A stretch of DNA of 64,000 nt, taken from positions 1 through 64,000 of the forward strand of contig NZ_SMNA01000001.1 of assembly GCF_004353825.1 (NCBI RefSeq). Reading direction: 5' to 3'. Shown one piece after another: positions 9,188-17,925 of the stretch. Position 1 is the first letter of the stretch; every line of letters begins with the position of its first letter. The notes below the pieces were generated by a model. The model had not been told where the DNA came from and ran no database searches. It saw only the letters and a list, made by a program, of their open reading frames with translations. The DNA comes from Occultella glacieicola. GTDB lineage: Bacteria > Actinomycetota > Actinomycetes > Actinomycetales > Beutenbergiaceae. Made by a program: the position numbers and the translations under genes.

Positions 9188-10363
9188 ATGGCGGAGTCCG
9201 GAGGGCAGGAGCGGTCCGAGAAGGCCACCGACAAGCGGATGAAGGAGGTCCGCGGCGACGGCTCCCTCGCCAAGTCGCAGGACCTGTCCGCGTGGTTGGG
9301 CATCGGCGCCGGCGCTCTCGTCCTGCCCTGGACCCTCACCCTCGGCGCCGAGGCCGCCGAGCATCAGGTGAACGCGGTCGAGCGGATCATCGCCACCCCC
9401 GATCCCGCCATCGCCGTGGCTGCGCTGTCCGAGGGTCTGGGCACCGTGCTGCCGACCCTGTTCCCCGTGCTCGCCGCCACCCTGGTCGCCGCGGTGGCCG
9501 GCGCCGTGGCGCAGGGCGGGATCCACCGGAAGAAGTTCAAGGTCTCCGTGGAGAGTCTGAACCTGGTGTCCGGTCTCAAGCGCACGTTCGGTCCCCAGGC
9601 GTTGTGGAACGGGGTGAAGGCCGCCCTGAAGACGGCGGTCGTCGCGGTGGTCCTCGTCGTCTCGGTGCAGTCCCTGATGCCGGTGCTGTTGTCCTCCGGC
9701 GGGCTGTCCCTGTCGGCGCTGCTGAGTGCGGCCGGCAGTGGGGTCAGCTCGTTGCTGCGGGTCGCGGTGGTCGCCGGCCTTGCCCTGGCGGCCCTCGACG
9801 TCTTCATCATCATCCGGCGCAACCGGAAGAAGACCCGGATGACCAAGCGCGAGGTCAAGGACGAGAACAAGCAGACCGACGGCGACCCCCTGATCAAGGG
9901 CGCCATCCGATCCCGGCAGCTGGCCATGTCCAGGAACCGGATGATCGCGGCGATCGCGGACGCCGATGTGGTGGTCGTCAACCCGACCCACGTCGCGGTG
10001 GCGCTGCGCTACGAACCGGGACGCTCCGCGCCCCGGGTGGTCGCCAAGGGCTCGGGTCACGTCGCCACCCGGATCCGGGAGCAGGCCGCGGCCGACGGCG
10101 TCCCGATGGTCGCGGACGTCCCGCTCGCCCGGGCACTGCACGCCGCCTGCCGTCTCGGCGAGGAGATCCCGGTCGACCTCTACGACGCCGTGGCTGCGAT
10201 CCTCGCGTTCGTGATGTCCCTGAAGCGGCGCGGGTCCGTCCCGCCCGGGGCCGTGCACACGATGCCTCGGCCCGCATCAGGGTCCGGATCGGTGGCGCGA
10301 CCCGCCGCCCGATCGGCCCCCCGCACAGCCCAGCCCGCCGCCACCCAGTCCCTGCCCGCCTAG
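9188..10363 (+). CDS. flhB: Flagellar export substrate-switch protein FlhB
   Basis: ERSEKAT N-terminus; MTKREVKDE..DGDP; NPTH autocleavage motif; APRVVAKG. Confidence 0.95.
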   Translation: MAESGGQERSEKATDKRMKEVRGDGSLAKSQDLSAWLGIGAGALVLPWTLTLGAEAAEHQVNAVERIIATPDPAIAVAALSEGLGTVLPTLFPVLAATLVAAVAGAVAQGGIHRKKFKVSVESLNLVSGLKRTFGPQALWNGVKAALKTAVVAVVLVVSVQSLMPVLLSSGGLSLSALLSAAGSGVSSLLRVAVVAGLALAALDVFIIIRRNRKKTRMTKREVKDENKQTDGDPLIKGAIRSRQLAMSRNRMIAAIADADVVVVNPTHVAVALRYEPGRSAPRVVAKGSGHVATRIREQAAADGVPMVADVPLARALHAACRLGEEIPVDLYDAVAAILAFVMSLKRRGSVPPGAVHTMPRPASGSGSVARPAARSAPRTAQPAATQSLPA

Positions 10364-10372
10364 GAGAGCGCG

Positions 10373-12427
10373 ATGAACCGCAACTACGCCCGCCTGCTCG
10401 TCCCGGTCTTCGTCGTCGGGATCGTGCTGCTGCTCGTCGTGCCGGTGCCCGCGGCCCTGCTCGACGTGCTGTTCGTGGTGAACATCGTCGGCGGGCTGGT
10501 GATCCTGCTCATCGCGATGTACGCGAAGAAGCCCCTGGACTTCTCCGTGTTCCCGTCCCTGTTGCTCGTGGCGACCCTGTTCCGCCTGGGCCTGAACGTC
10601 GCCTCGACCCGCCTGGTCCTGCGGGACGGCTACGCCGGGGCGATCATCGAGACGTTCGGCCACATCGTGGTGGGCGGGTCGCTGATCATCGGTGCGGTCA
10701 TCTTCCTGATCCTCGTGGTGATCCAGTTCGTGGTGATCACCAAGGGCGCCGAGCGGGTCGCCGAGGTCGGCGCCCGGTTCACCCTCGATGCGATGCCCGG
10801 CAAGCAGATGGCCATCGACGCAGACCTGAACGCCGGGCTGATCACGGACGAGCAGGCCCGGGCCCGGCGTGCCGAGGTCGCCGCCGAGGCGGACTTCTAC
10901 GGCGCGATGGACGGTGGGTCGAAGTTCGTCAAGGGAGACGCGATCGCCGGCGTCATCATCATCTTCATCAACCTCATCGGCGGCTTCGCGATGGGGATGC
11001 TGCAGCGCGGCATGTCCGCCGGGGACGCCCTGAACACCTACTCGCTGCTCACCATCGGCGACGGTCTGGTCTCCCAGATCCCGGCCCTGCTGATGGCGGT
11101 GGCGACCGGCCTGATCGTCACCCGGTCGAACGCGGAGACGGACATGGGCGCCGCGGCCGGGGCCCAGCTCGTGCAGTCCCGGTCGGCCCTGATGATCGCC
11201 GGCGGTGCCGCCGTCGCGCTGGCCCTGATCCCGGGGATGCCGAAGCTCCCGTTCGTGCTGATCGGGGGCCTGCTGCTGCTCGCCAGCCAGCGGATCAAGG
11301 GGCGCGAGGAGGCGACCGCGCGCGAGTCCGCCCGGGCCGAGACGACGTCGCAGAGCACCCCCCGGAACGAGACCGAGGACCTGATCGACGCGATGCGGGT
11401 GCACGCACTGGAGATCATGCTCGCCCCCGACCTGGTGGACCTGGTCTCCGGAACCGCCGACGATCTGCTGGCCCGGGTGCGGGCCCTGCGCCGCAAGATC
11501 GCGATGGAGCTCGGCGTGGTGATCCCGCCGGTGCGCACCAGGGACAGCCTCGAGCTGCCGATCGCCACCTACGTGGTCCGGATCGCCGGAGTGGAGGTGG
11601 GCCGTGGCCAGGCTCCGGCCGGGAAGGTGCTCGCCCTCGGGGAGGACCTCGGATCGCTGCCGGGCACGCCGATCGTCGAGCCCGTGTTCGGCCTGGCCGG
11701 CAAGTGGATCCCCGTCGAGATGCAACACGCCGCCGAGATGTCCGGGGCCACCGTCATCGACCGGGTCTCGGTCCTGGTGACCCACCTGTCCGCGCTGGTC
11801 ACCGCGCACGCCGACCGGCTGCTCAGTCGCGAGGACGTCCGGGTCCTGGTCGAGTCGGTCCGCGCGGCGAGCCCGTCCGCCGTCGACGAGCTCGTCCCGA
11901 ACGTCCTCTCCCTGGCGCAGGTGCAGCAGGTGCTGCAGGGGCTGCTCGCCGAGCAGGTTCCGATCAACGACCTCACCCGGATCCTGGAGGCGTTGACCCT
12001 GCGGGCCAAGGCGAGCACGGACCCGGAGCAGCTCATCGAGGCGGCGCGGGCCGCCGTCGCGCCCGCCCTGGTGGCCGGGCGCACGACCGAGGGCGTCCTG
12101 CGCGTCGTCACCCTCGATCCGACGCTCGAACAGTCCATGCTCGAGGGACTGCGCCCGGGCGAGGACGGCACCCAGATCCTGCTCGACCCCGTGCAGATCG
12201 ACGCCGTACTCACCTCCGTCGGCAACGAGCTGGCCGCCCTGGCGCAGGCCGGGACCGAGGCGGTCCTCGTCTGTGCGCCGCAGTTGCGGCCGGCCGTACG
12301 CCGTCTGGTCGCCGCCCGGAGTCCGAAGGCGGCGGTGCTCTCCTACGGCGAGGTGACGTCCGCGTCCGTGGCGATCGAGACGGTGGGGGTGGTGCGCGGT
12401 GCAGCGGCGCTTACGACTGGAGGGTGA
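10373..12427 (+). CDS. flhA: Flagellar export protein FlhA
   Basis: FHIPEP motif ERVAEVGARFTLDAMPGKQMAIDADLNAG; FYGAMDGGSKFVKGDAIAG. Confidence 0.97.
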   Translation: MNRNYARLLVPVFVVGIVLLLVVPVPAALLDVLFVVNIVGGLVILLIAMYAKKPLDFSVFPSLLLVATLFRLGLNVASTRLVLRDGYAGAIIETFGHIVVGGSLIIGAVIFLILVVIQFVVITKGAERVAEVGARFTLDAMPGKQMAIDADLNAGLITDEQARARRAEVAAEADFYGAMDGGSKFVKGDAIAGVIIIFINLIGGFAMGMLQRGMSAGDALNTYSLLTIGDGLVSQIPALLMAVATGLIVTRSNAETDMGAAAGAQLVQSRSALMIAGGAAVALALIPGMPKLPFVLIGGLLLLASQRIKGREEATARESARAETTSQSTPRNETEDLIDAMRVHALEIMLAPDLVDLVSGTADDLLARVRALRRKIAMELGVVIPPVRTRDSLELPIATYVVRIAGVEVGRGQAPAGKVLALGEDLGSLPGTPIVEPVFGLAGKWIPVEMQHAAEMSGATVIDRVSVLVTHLSALVTAHADRLLSREDVRVLVESVRAASPSAVDELVPNVLSLAQVQQVLQGLLAEQVPINDLTRILEALTLRAKASTDPEQLIEAARAAVAPALVAGRTTEGVLRVVTLDPTLEQSMLEGLRPGEDGTQILLDPVQIDAVLTSVGNELAALAQAGTEAVLVCAPQLRPAVRRLVAARSPKAAVLSYGEVTSASVAIETVGVVRGAAALTTGG

Positions 12428-13262
12428 GAGTCTGGAGGACCTGCGGGCCCAGGCCCACCGCCAGTTCCCGCGGGCCCGGATCGTCTCCGCCGAGCGGGTG
12501 CGGGTGGGCGGCATCGCGGGCTTCCTCGCCCGCCAGCACTTCGAACTGGTCCTGGAACTGCCCGACGGCGGCGGGTCCGAGCCGCAGGTCGGTGGCCTGG
12601 ACGTGTTGCTGGCCTCGGCGGACGCCGTGGAGGAATCGATGCGGGCGGCCCCCGTGTCCACCGAGTCACCGCGGTTCGCGGAGATGCTCGACGCGCTGAC
12701 CCAGGAGGAGCAGCCGGTCGTCCCCGCCTCCCCACCGTCGGCCCCGGCACCGTTGCGCGGACCGGGGGACCTGGTGCTCGTCCTCGGTCCTGAACGTGCC
12801 GCGCTCGAGGTCGGCGCCGCCATGCTCGGCTCGCTCGGGGTCGACCCCGCCTGCCTGCTCCGTGCGGGGACCTTCAACCCGCAGACGAGTTCGGCGCTGG
12901 AGGCGCGCAATCAGGCGACCCGGGCGCGTGCCGCGGGGGTCGAGGACGGTCACGCCACGGTGATCGCGGTTGGGCTCGGCCGCCACGGCGCCGATCCGGC
13001 CGCCCAGGTGGAGGCGGTCCGCGCCATGGCCGCCGATCAGGTGTGGCTCGTGGTGGACGCCGGCCGCAAGCCGGACGACACCGCCCGGTACGTGCAGGAC
13101 GTGCGGGTGGGCATGGTGGTGGACGCGTTGGCCGTGGAGGGAGCCGCGGGCACCGCGACCCCGGAGACGGTCACCGAACTCGGTGTGCCGATCGGCTGGG
13201 TTGACGGATCCGCCCTGGCCGATTCCCCGGAAGGACTCGCCAGTGTCTATACATTGCAGTAG
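12399..13262 (+). CDS. FlhF-like protein with degenerate GTPase motifs
   Basis: Position after flhA; N-terminal ARIVSAERVRVGGIAGFLARQHFE resembles the FlhF N-terminus; no intact GxxGxGKT. Confidence 0.6.
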   Translation: MQRRLRLEGESLEDLRAQAHRQFPRARIVSAERVRVGGIAGFLARQHFELVLELPDGGGSEPQVGGLDVLLASADAVEESMRAAPVSTESPRFAEMLDALTQEEQPVVPASPPSAPAPLRGPGDLVLVLGPERAALEVGAAMLGSLGVDPACLLRAGTFNPQTSSALEARNQATRARAAGVEDGHATVIAVGLGRHGADPAAQVEAVRAMAADQVWLVVDAGRKPDDTARYVQDVRVGMVVDALAVEGAAGTATPETVTELGVPIGWVDGSALADSPEGLASVYTLQ

Positions 13263-13271
13263 AGTGTCCAC

Positions 13272-13538
13272 GTGCTTGTACTCACGCGGAAGGCCGGCGA
13301 GCAGATCGTCATCGGCAATGACATCACGATCACCCTGATCGAGGTGCGCGGTGGCGACGTCCGGATCGGCATCGACGCGCCGCGGTCCGTGACCGTCCAT
13401 CGCGCCGAGGTGGTCGAGGCGGTCTCGGCCGCGAACGTCGCCGCGGCGCACGCATCGGCGGCGGACGAGGACCGCATCCGCGCGCTGCTCGCACCACCGG
13501 GTGCCGTAGGCAAGCCCGACACCTCCGACGACGTCTAG
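13272..13538 (+). CDS. csrA: Carbon storage regulator CsrA
   Basis: MLVLTRKAGEQIVIGNDITIT...VRIGIDAPRSVTVHRAEV. Confidence 0.95.
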   Translation: MLVLTRKAGEQIVIGNDITITLIEVRGGDVRIGIDAPRSVTVHRAEVVEAVSAANVAAAHASAADEDRIRALLAPPGAVGKPDTSDDV

Positions 13539-13553
13539 ACGATTCGGGTGGAC

Positions 13554-13841
13554 ATGTCAATCCGTGCAGAACGCACCGCGTCCGAACCGGACGTCCTGGC
13601 CCAGATCCGCCTGCTCCAGGAGCTGGTCACTGCGATGGCGGTCGGTCTGGATCCCTATGTCATCCAGGGCCTGAGCTTCGCGCAGAAGGAGCTGCTGGCG
13701 GACATCGTGGACGCCCAGCACGCGGCCCTTGATCGCGCCGATGGCATCGAACCGGGCCACCCCCTGGCCTATGAGCCGGAGCCGCGCTGGTGGCATGAGT
13801 CCGCGTTGCCTCCGGTGCCCGCTGCGTCGCGGGTAGGCTGA
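13554..13841 (+). CDS. Hypothetical protein
   Basis: Ordered ~95-aa ORF with GC-type codon usage 15 bp after csrA. Confidence 0.6.
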   Translation: MSIRAERTASEPDVLAQIRLLQELVTAMAVGLDPYVIQGLSFAQKELLADIVDAQHAALDRADGIEPGHPLAYEPEPRWWHESALPPVPAASRVG

Positions 13842-14023
13842 GCCGCCTCAGGCAGCGGTACCCACGCGTCAACGCCGGGTCGACGCCCGACGCGCCGGCT
13901 CGTGCCCGGAGTTCCGCGACGCGACCGTCGCAACGCGACCGTCGGAATGGGTTCGGCCGGGCGACCCGGGTGCCATGGACGTGACTCGCCGGCCGGCACC
14001 GACCGGCGGGTGCCGGCGTGCTC

Positions 14024-14233
14024 TCAGAACTCGCCGTGCCAGGCGATCAGGTCGGCGACGAACTCCTCCACGGCGCCGTCGATCTCCATCGAGCCGAGGG
14101 CATCGGCCCCGAACAGTCGCGCGTCCCCCGCGATCCCGGCAAGCAGGTCGTCGATCTCGACGGCTTCGGCTACCACCGGTGACTGCGCGACGTGCCATTC
14201 GGCACCGCCACGCACTTCCGCAACTACGGACAT
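14024..14233 (-). CDS. Small acidic hypothetical protein
   Basis: MSVVAEVRGG...VEEFVADLIAWHGEF, with ggaagg directly before the ATG. Confidence 0.55.
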   Translation of the reverse strand: MSVVAEVRGGAEWHVAQSPVVAEAVEIDDLLAGIAGDARLFGADALGSMEIDGAVEEFVADLIAWHGEF

Positions 14234-14435
14234 CCTTCCACCCTCCAGGCCATGACTGGCGACCCTCCCCGGCCGCACGACACACAGGTTCTCGGGAACC
14301 GGTCAGGAGCGTCAACAACCTGCAATACTTTCCGTTACCGTTCCGTGATCTTCGGCTCGGGGTGCACATGCGAGAGCCCCCGCACCGGTTCGGTGCGGGG
14401 GCTCTGTGGTCTGCTCGGGGGTCGCGCCCCGGGCG

Positions 14436-14804
14436 TCAGCGCTGGCGTGGCGCCTTGTAGGCGACCTGCGCGCCGGGCGAGGAGTTGGCATAGGCCTGGA
14501 GGGCTTGCGTGACCACATCGGTCACCGTCACGCCCTCCATGTCAGCCTTCGCCCGCACGAAGGCGAGCAGGCGCGGGGGCAGCCGGCACGCCCAGGGGAC
14601 GAGAAGCGCGTCCGCCGGCGGCAACTCGTCGGGCACGGTGGCACCCTTGCGGCCGTGCGACTTCTGCACCCGGGCGATTCGCCGTGCGACGCCCAGCGCC
14701 TCATCGGGAGCGATCGGGGCACCGCCGTACCGCATCGGCAACTGGTCGAACTCGCCCGGAAGCGCGTCGACCGTCACGGTGTCCGTCGTTGGCGTCTCGT
14801 TCAT
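14436..14804 (-). CDS. Putative ribbon-helix-helix DNA-binding protein
   Basis: WACRLPPRLLAFVRAKADMEGVTVTDVVTQALQAY fits the strand-helix-helix (CopG/Arc-like) pattern. Confidence 0.6.
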   Translation of the reverse strand: MNETPTTDTVTVDALPGEFDQLPMRYGGAPIAPDEALGVARRIARVQKSHGRKGATVPDELPPADALLVPWACRLPPRLLAFVRAKADMEGVTVTDVVTQALQAYANSSPGAQVAYKAPRQR

Positions 14805-15240
14805 GTACTGCGCCTTCACCTGGCCCCTAGCTGATGCACCCTGTCGCACCCCACTGGTTGGGGGGTGCCGTTATCCGCACAGATACTCTACCGTCCTCAC
14901 GGATGACTAGACAAACGACACCCGAACGAATGTCGCCCGGCCTGCTGGAATTCCCGTCATCTCAAGCCGGCCGTGGCTGCCGAACGGTCGGCGGTGGGGC
15001 GTCCCGCGTCTGACGGCGTGTCAAGCCACCGGCGACCCAGGCCCTGCCCGCCCACGATTTGTGGCGCAATTCATAGCACTACCCCGGACAAGACGGGCCC
15101 GGGACGCTACCATGGCGCTGGCAGATGATGGACGACCGGCCGGTTCGGGGGAACGGCGCTGGTGGCACATCACGGGCCGGTACACCGATCGTCGACGCCC
15201 CGTCCCCCTCCACGCACTTCTTTCTCGTTGAGGGTTCCGG

Positions 15241-16191
15241 ATGACCGATCGTCGCAGACAAGCCATTCTCGCTGCTGCCCTCTCCATCGGCGACGTCACC
15301 GATGACACGATGCCGGCGGTCGCGCCGATCGACACCCAGCACTCCATCTTCGAGATGGCTGGGATCCAGCTCGAACACACGCTCGGCCAATTGCGCCCGC
15401 ACAGCCAGGTGCCCGCCTGGGCGGGCGCCGTGGAGCAGGAGCTGATCGCCGCGCACGAACGGCACCCGGAGCTGATCCACACCGCGTTCCCGTGGTTCGA
15501 CCGCTGGTACGACGGCCCCGCCGCATACCGGTCACCGCTGCTGAACAAGTTCGCGCACAACCTCGGCAACGCCGTTCGTTCCGAGCGCCTGCTGCGCACG
15601 AGCGTTCTCGGGCAGTTCCTCCAGGAGTGCGTGGGCAGCCTGCTCCGACGCCGGCGCGCGTTCCACACGTTGTTCCTCGACGAGGCACCCGCCGCCCGCA
15701 CGGCCCGGATCGACGCACTCCGTCTGCGCGAGGAGGTCCCCTCGCTCGAGCTCCTCGCCCTCGACCTGATGTGGCACTGGCGTGACCAGGTCCAGATGCA
15801 GGCGACCCGGGCCCAGCTCGAGCGGATCGTGCTGTTCCGGACGATCGCGCTGACCGGACCGGCGGCCGAGTGGGCCCTCGCCGAGGGGCGCCGGACGCTC
15901 GCCGACGGTCAGGACACCACGTTGCGCCAAGCCCAGGACCATCTTGTCTTCACGCCGCTGGCCCGATGGACGATGTCCCGGTGGGAGGCCACGCAGGAGG
16001 CACTGAAGGTCGGACGCCGCGGTCAGGTGATCCTCGAGGTGGAGTTGCCGATCCGGTCGGTGTGGGCGCCCTCCTCGGCGGACCCGGTCGCGTTCGTGGC
16101 GTCACCGGTTCCGCCCCGCCCGGCCCGCCCGGACTTCCCGCTGGTCACGGCCGACGAGTCCTGGCGGCTCGTCAGCATCGACACCCTCTGA
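15241..16191 (+). CDS. Hypothetical protein (possible ART-like C-terminal fold)
   Basis: 316-aa globular-looking ORF; C-terminal VLFRT...RWTMSRWEA...GQVILEVELP pattern. Confidence 0.65.
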   Translation: MTDRRRQAILAAALSIGDVTDDTMPAVAPIDTQHSIFEMAGIQLEHTLGQLRPHSQVPAWAGAVEQELIAAHERHPELIHTAFPWFDRWYDGPAAYRSPLLNKFAHNLGNAVRSERLLRTSVLGQFLQECVGSLLRRRRAFHTLFLDEAPAARTARIDALRLREEVPSLELLALDLMWHWRDQVQMQATRAQLERIVLFRTIALTGPAAEWALAEGRRTLADGQDTTLRQAQDHLVFTPLARWTMSRWEATQEALKVGRRGQVILEVELPIRSVWAPSSADPVAFVASPVPPRPARPDFPLVTADESWRLVSIDTL

Positions 16192-16246
16192 GTCCCCTGA
16201 CCCTCGCCGGCCCGGCGCCGGCGTCCGGGTGCGGCAGGATGACCTC

Positions 16247-17287
16247 ATGCGCTTCGGATTCCACACCGGGTACTGGGCCGCCGGACCGCCGACCGGCGCG
16301 GCCGAGGCGGTCGTGGCAGCGGACCGGCTCGGCTTCGACTCGGTCTGGACCGCCGAGTCCTACGGCTCGGACGCCCTGACCCCGCTCGCGTGGTGGGGTG
16401 CGGCGACGAGCCGGGTCCGCCTCGGCACCGGCATCATGCAGATGTCCGCCCGCACCCCGACCGCCACCGCGATGGCGGCCCTGACCATGGACCACCTCTC
16501 CGGGGGCCGGTTCGTGCTCGGACTCGGCGCCTCCGGCCCGCAGGTCGTCGAGGGCTGGTACGGCCAGCCGTACCCGAAGCCGCTCGCCCGCACCCGCGAG
16601 TACGTCGACATCGTCCGGCAGGTGCTGCGCCGGGAGGGCCCGGTCACCTATTCCGGTGCGCACTACGAGTTACCGCTCGACGGCGGGGCGCACCAGGGCA
16701 AGCCGCTGCGGTCCACGGTGCACCCGTTGCGTGCCGACCTGCCGATCCACCTGGCCGCGCAGGGGCCGAAGAACACCGCGCTGGCCGCCGAGATCGCGGA
16801 CGGTTGGCTGCCCGCGTTCGTCTCGCCGAAGCTCGACGCGGCCTACCGCGAGCACCTCGACGAGGGGTTCGCCGCCCGCTCACCCGAGCTGACGCCGTCG
16901 TCATCCTTCGAGGTGTGCGCGAGCGTGCCCGTGGCCCTCGGGCCCGACCTCGAGACCGCCGCGGACCACATCCGCCCGCACCTGGCGCTGTACATCGGTG
17001 GCATGGGCTCGGCGACCACGAACTTCCACCGGGACGCGATCGAACGGCTCGGGTACCGAGCCGAGTGCGCGGAGGTGCAGCGCCGGTACGCGGCCGGGGA
17101 CAAGGCCGGCGCCGCGGCCGCGATCCCCATCGAACTGGTCCTGGACGTGGCCCTGGTCGGCCCGCCTGCCGCGATCCGCGAGCAGTTGGTGGCGTGGGAG
17201 TCGAGCGTGGTCACGACGCTGATCCTGCAGACCGACCCGCGGCTGCTCCCGGCGCTGGCGGACGTGCTGGGACTGGCAGCACCCTGA
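16247..17287 (+). CDS. LLM-class F420-dependent oxidoreductase
   Basis: WTAESYGSDA, LGTGIMQMSARTP, SGGRFVLGLGASGPQVVEGWYG. Confidence 0.9.
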   Translation: MRFGFHTGYWAAGPPTGAAEAVVAADRLGFDSVWTAESYGSDALTPLAWWGAATSRVRLGTGIMQMSARTPTATAMAALTMDHLSGGRFVLGLGASGPQVVEGWYGQPYPKPLARTREYVDIVRQVLRREGPVTYSGAHYELPLDGGAHQGKPLRSTVHPLRADLPIHLAAQGPKNTALAAEIADGWLPAFVSPKLDAAYREHLDEGFAARSPELTPSSSFEVCASVPVALGPDLETAADHIRPHLALYIGGMGSATTNFHRDAIERLGYRAECAEVQRRYAAGDKAGAAAAIPIELVLDVALVGPPAAIREQLVAWESSVVTTLILQTDPRLLPALADVLGLAAP

Positions 17288-17391
17288 TCATCTTCTGAGA
17301 GAGATCGGACCGTGGATGTGACGAACGGGTACGTCCCGGGGATGTAGAGGTGACAGCAGCGTTTCGTCCCCGACGGTGAGGTGGGCACCCG

Positions 17392-17925
17392 ATGTCCGAC
17401 GAAGACCGGTTCGATCGCCTCTACCAGGCGCATCGGCCCGACCTGGAGAGGTTCGTCCGACGGCGGGTTTCGCCCGCACAGGTCGAGGACGTCGTGGCCG
17501 AGACGTTCCTCGTCGCGTGGCGCCGCCTCGACGACCTACCGACGGACCCACGGCCGTGGCTCTTCGGGATCGCCCGGAACCTCATGCTCCGCAGCGTGCG
17601 CTCGACGGGCCGCTGGCATGCCCTGCAGGTGCGGCTCGCCGCCGAACCCAGACCGGCCACCGAAGATCTGGCCACCGAGGTCGCGACCCGGACCGACCTC
17701 GCCCGCGCCTGGGCGAAGCTCAGCGTCGGCGAGCAGGAGGTCCTCGCCCTGATCGGCTGGGACGGCCTCTCCGCCGGGGAGGCCGCAACCGTTCTCGGCT
17801 GTCACGTCGGCACGTTCCGGATGCGCCTGCTGCGGGCCCGGCGCCACCTCCTGCACATCCTCGACCGGCTCCCGCCCGTCGAGGCGCGGCCCACCCGTCC
17901 CGTCACCAACGGAGCCCTCTCATGA
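17392..17925 (+). CDS. ECF RNA polymerase sigma factor
   Basis: EDVVAETFLVAWRR...PWLFGIARN (region 2); EVLALIGWDGLSAGEAATVLGC (region 4). Confidence 0.9.
   Translation: MSDEDRFDRLYQAHRPDLERFVRRRVSPAQVEDVVAETFLVAWRRLDDLPTDPRPWLFGIARNLMLRSVRSTGRWHALQVRLAAEPRPATEDLATEVATRTDLARAWAKLSVGEQEVLALIGWDGLSAGEAATVLGCHVGTFRMRLLRARRHLLHILDRLPPVEARPTRPVTNGALS

Noticed and set aside
9292..12699. 1135-aa alternative-frame ORF, plus the 877-aa antisense ORF at 10277-12910
   Set aside because: Arg/Pro/Gly-rich shadow frames of flhB/flhA caused by high GC; the real frames have clear motifs
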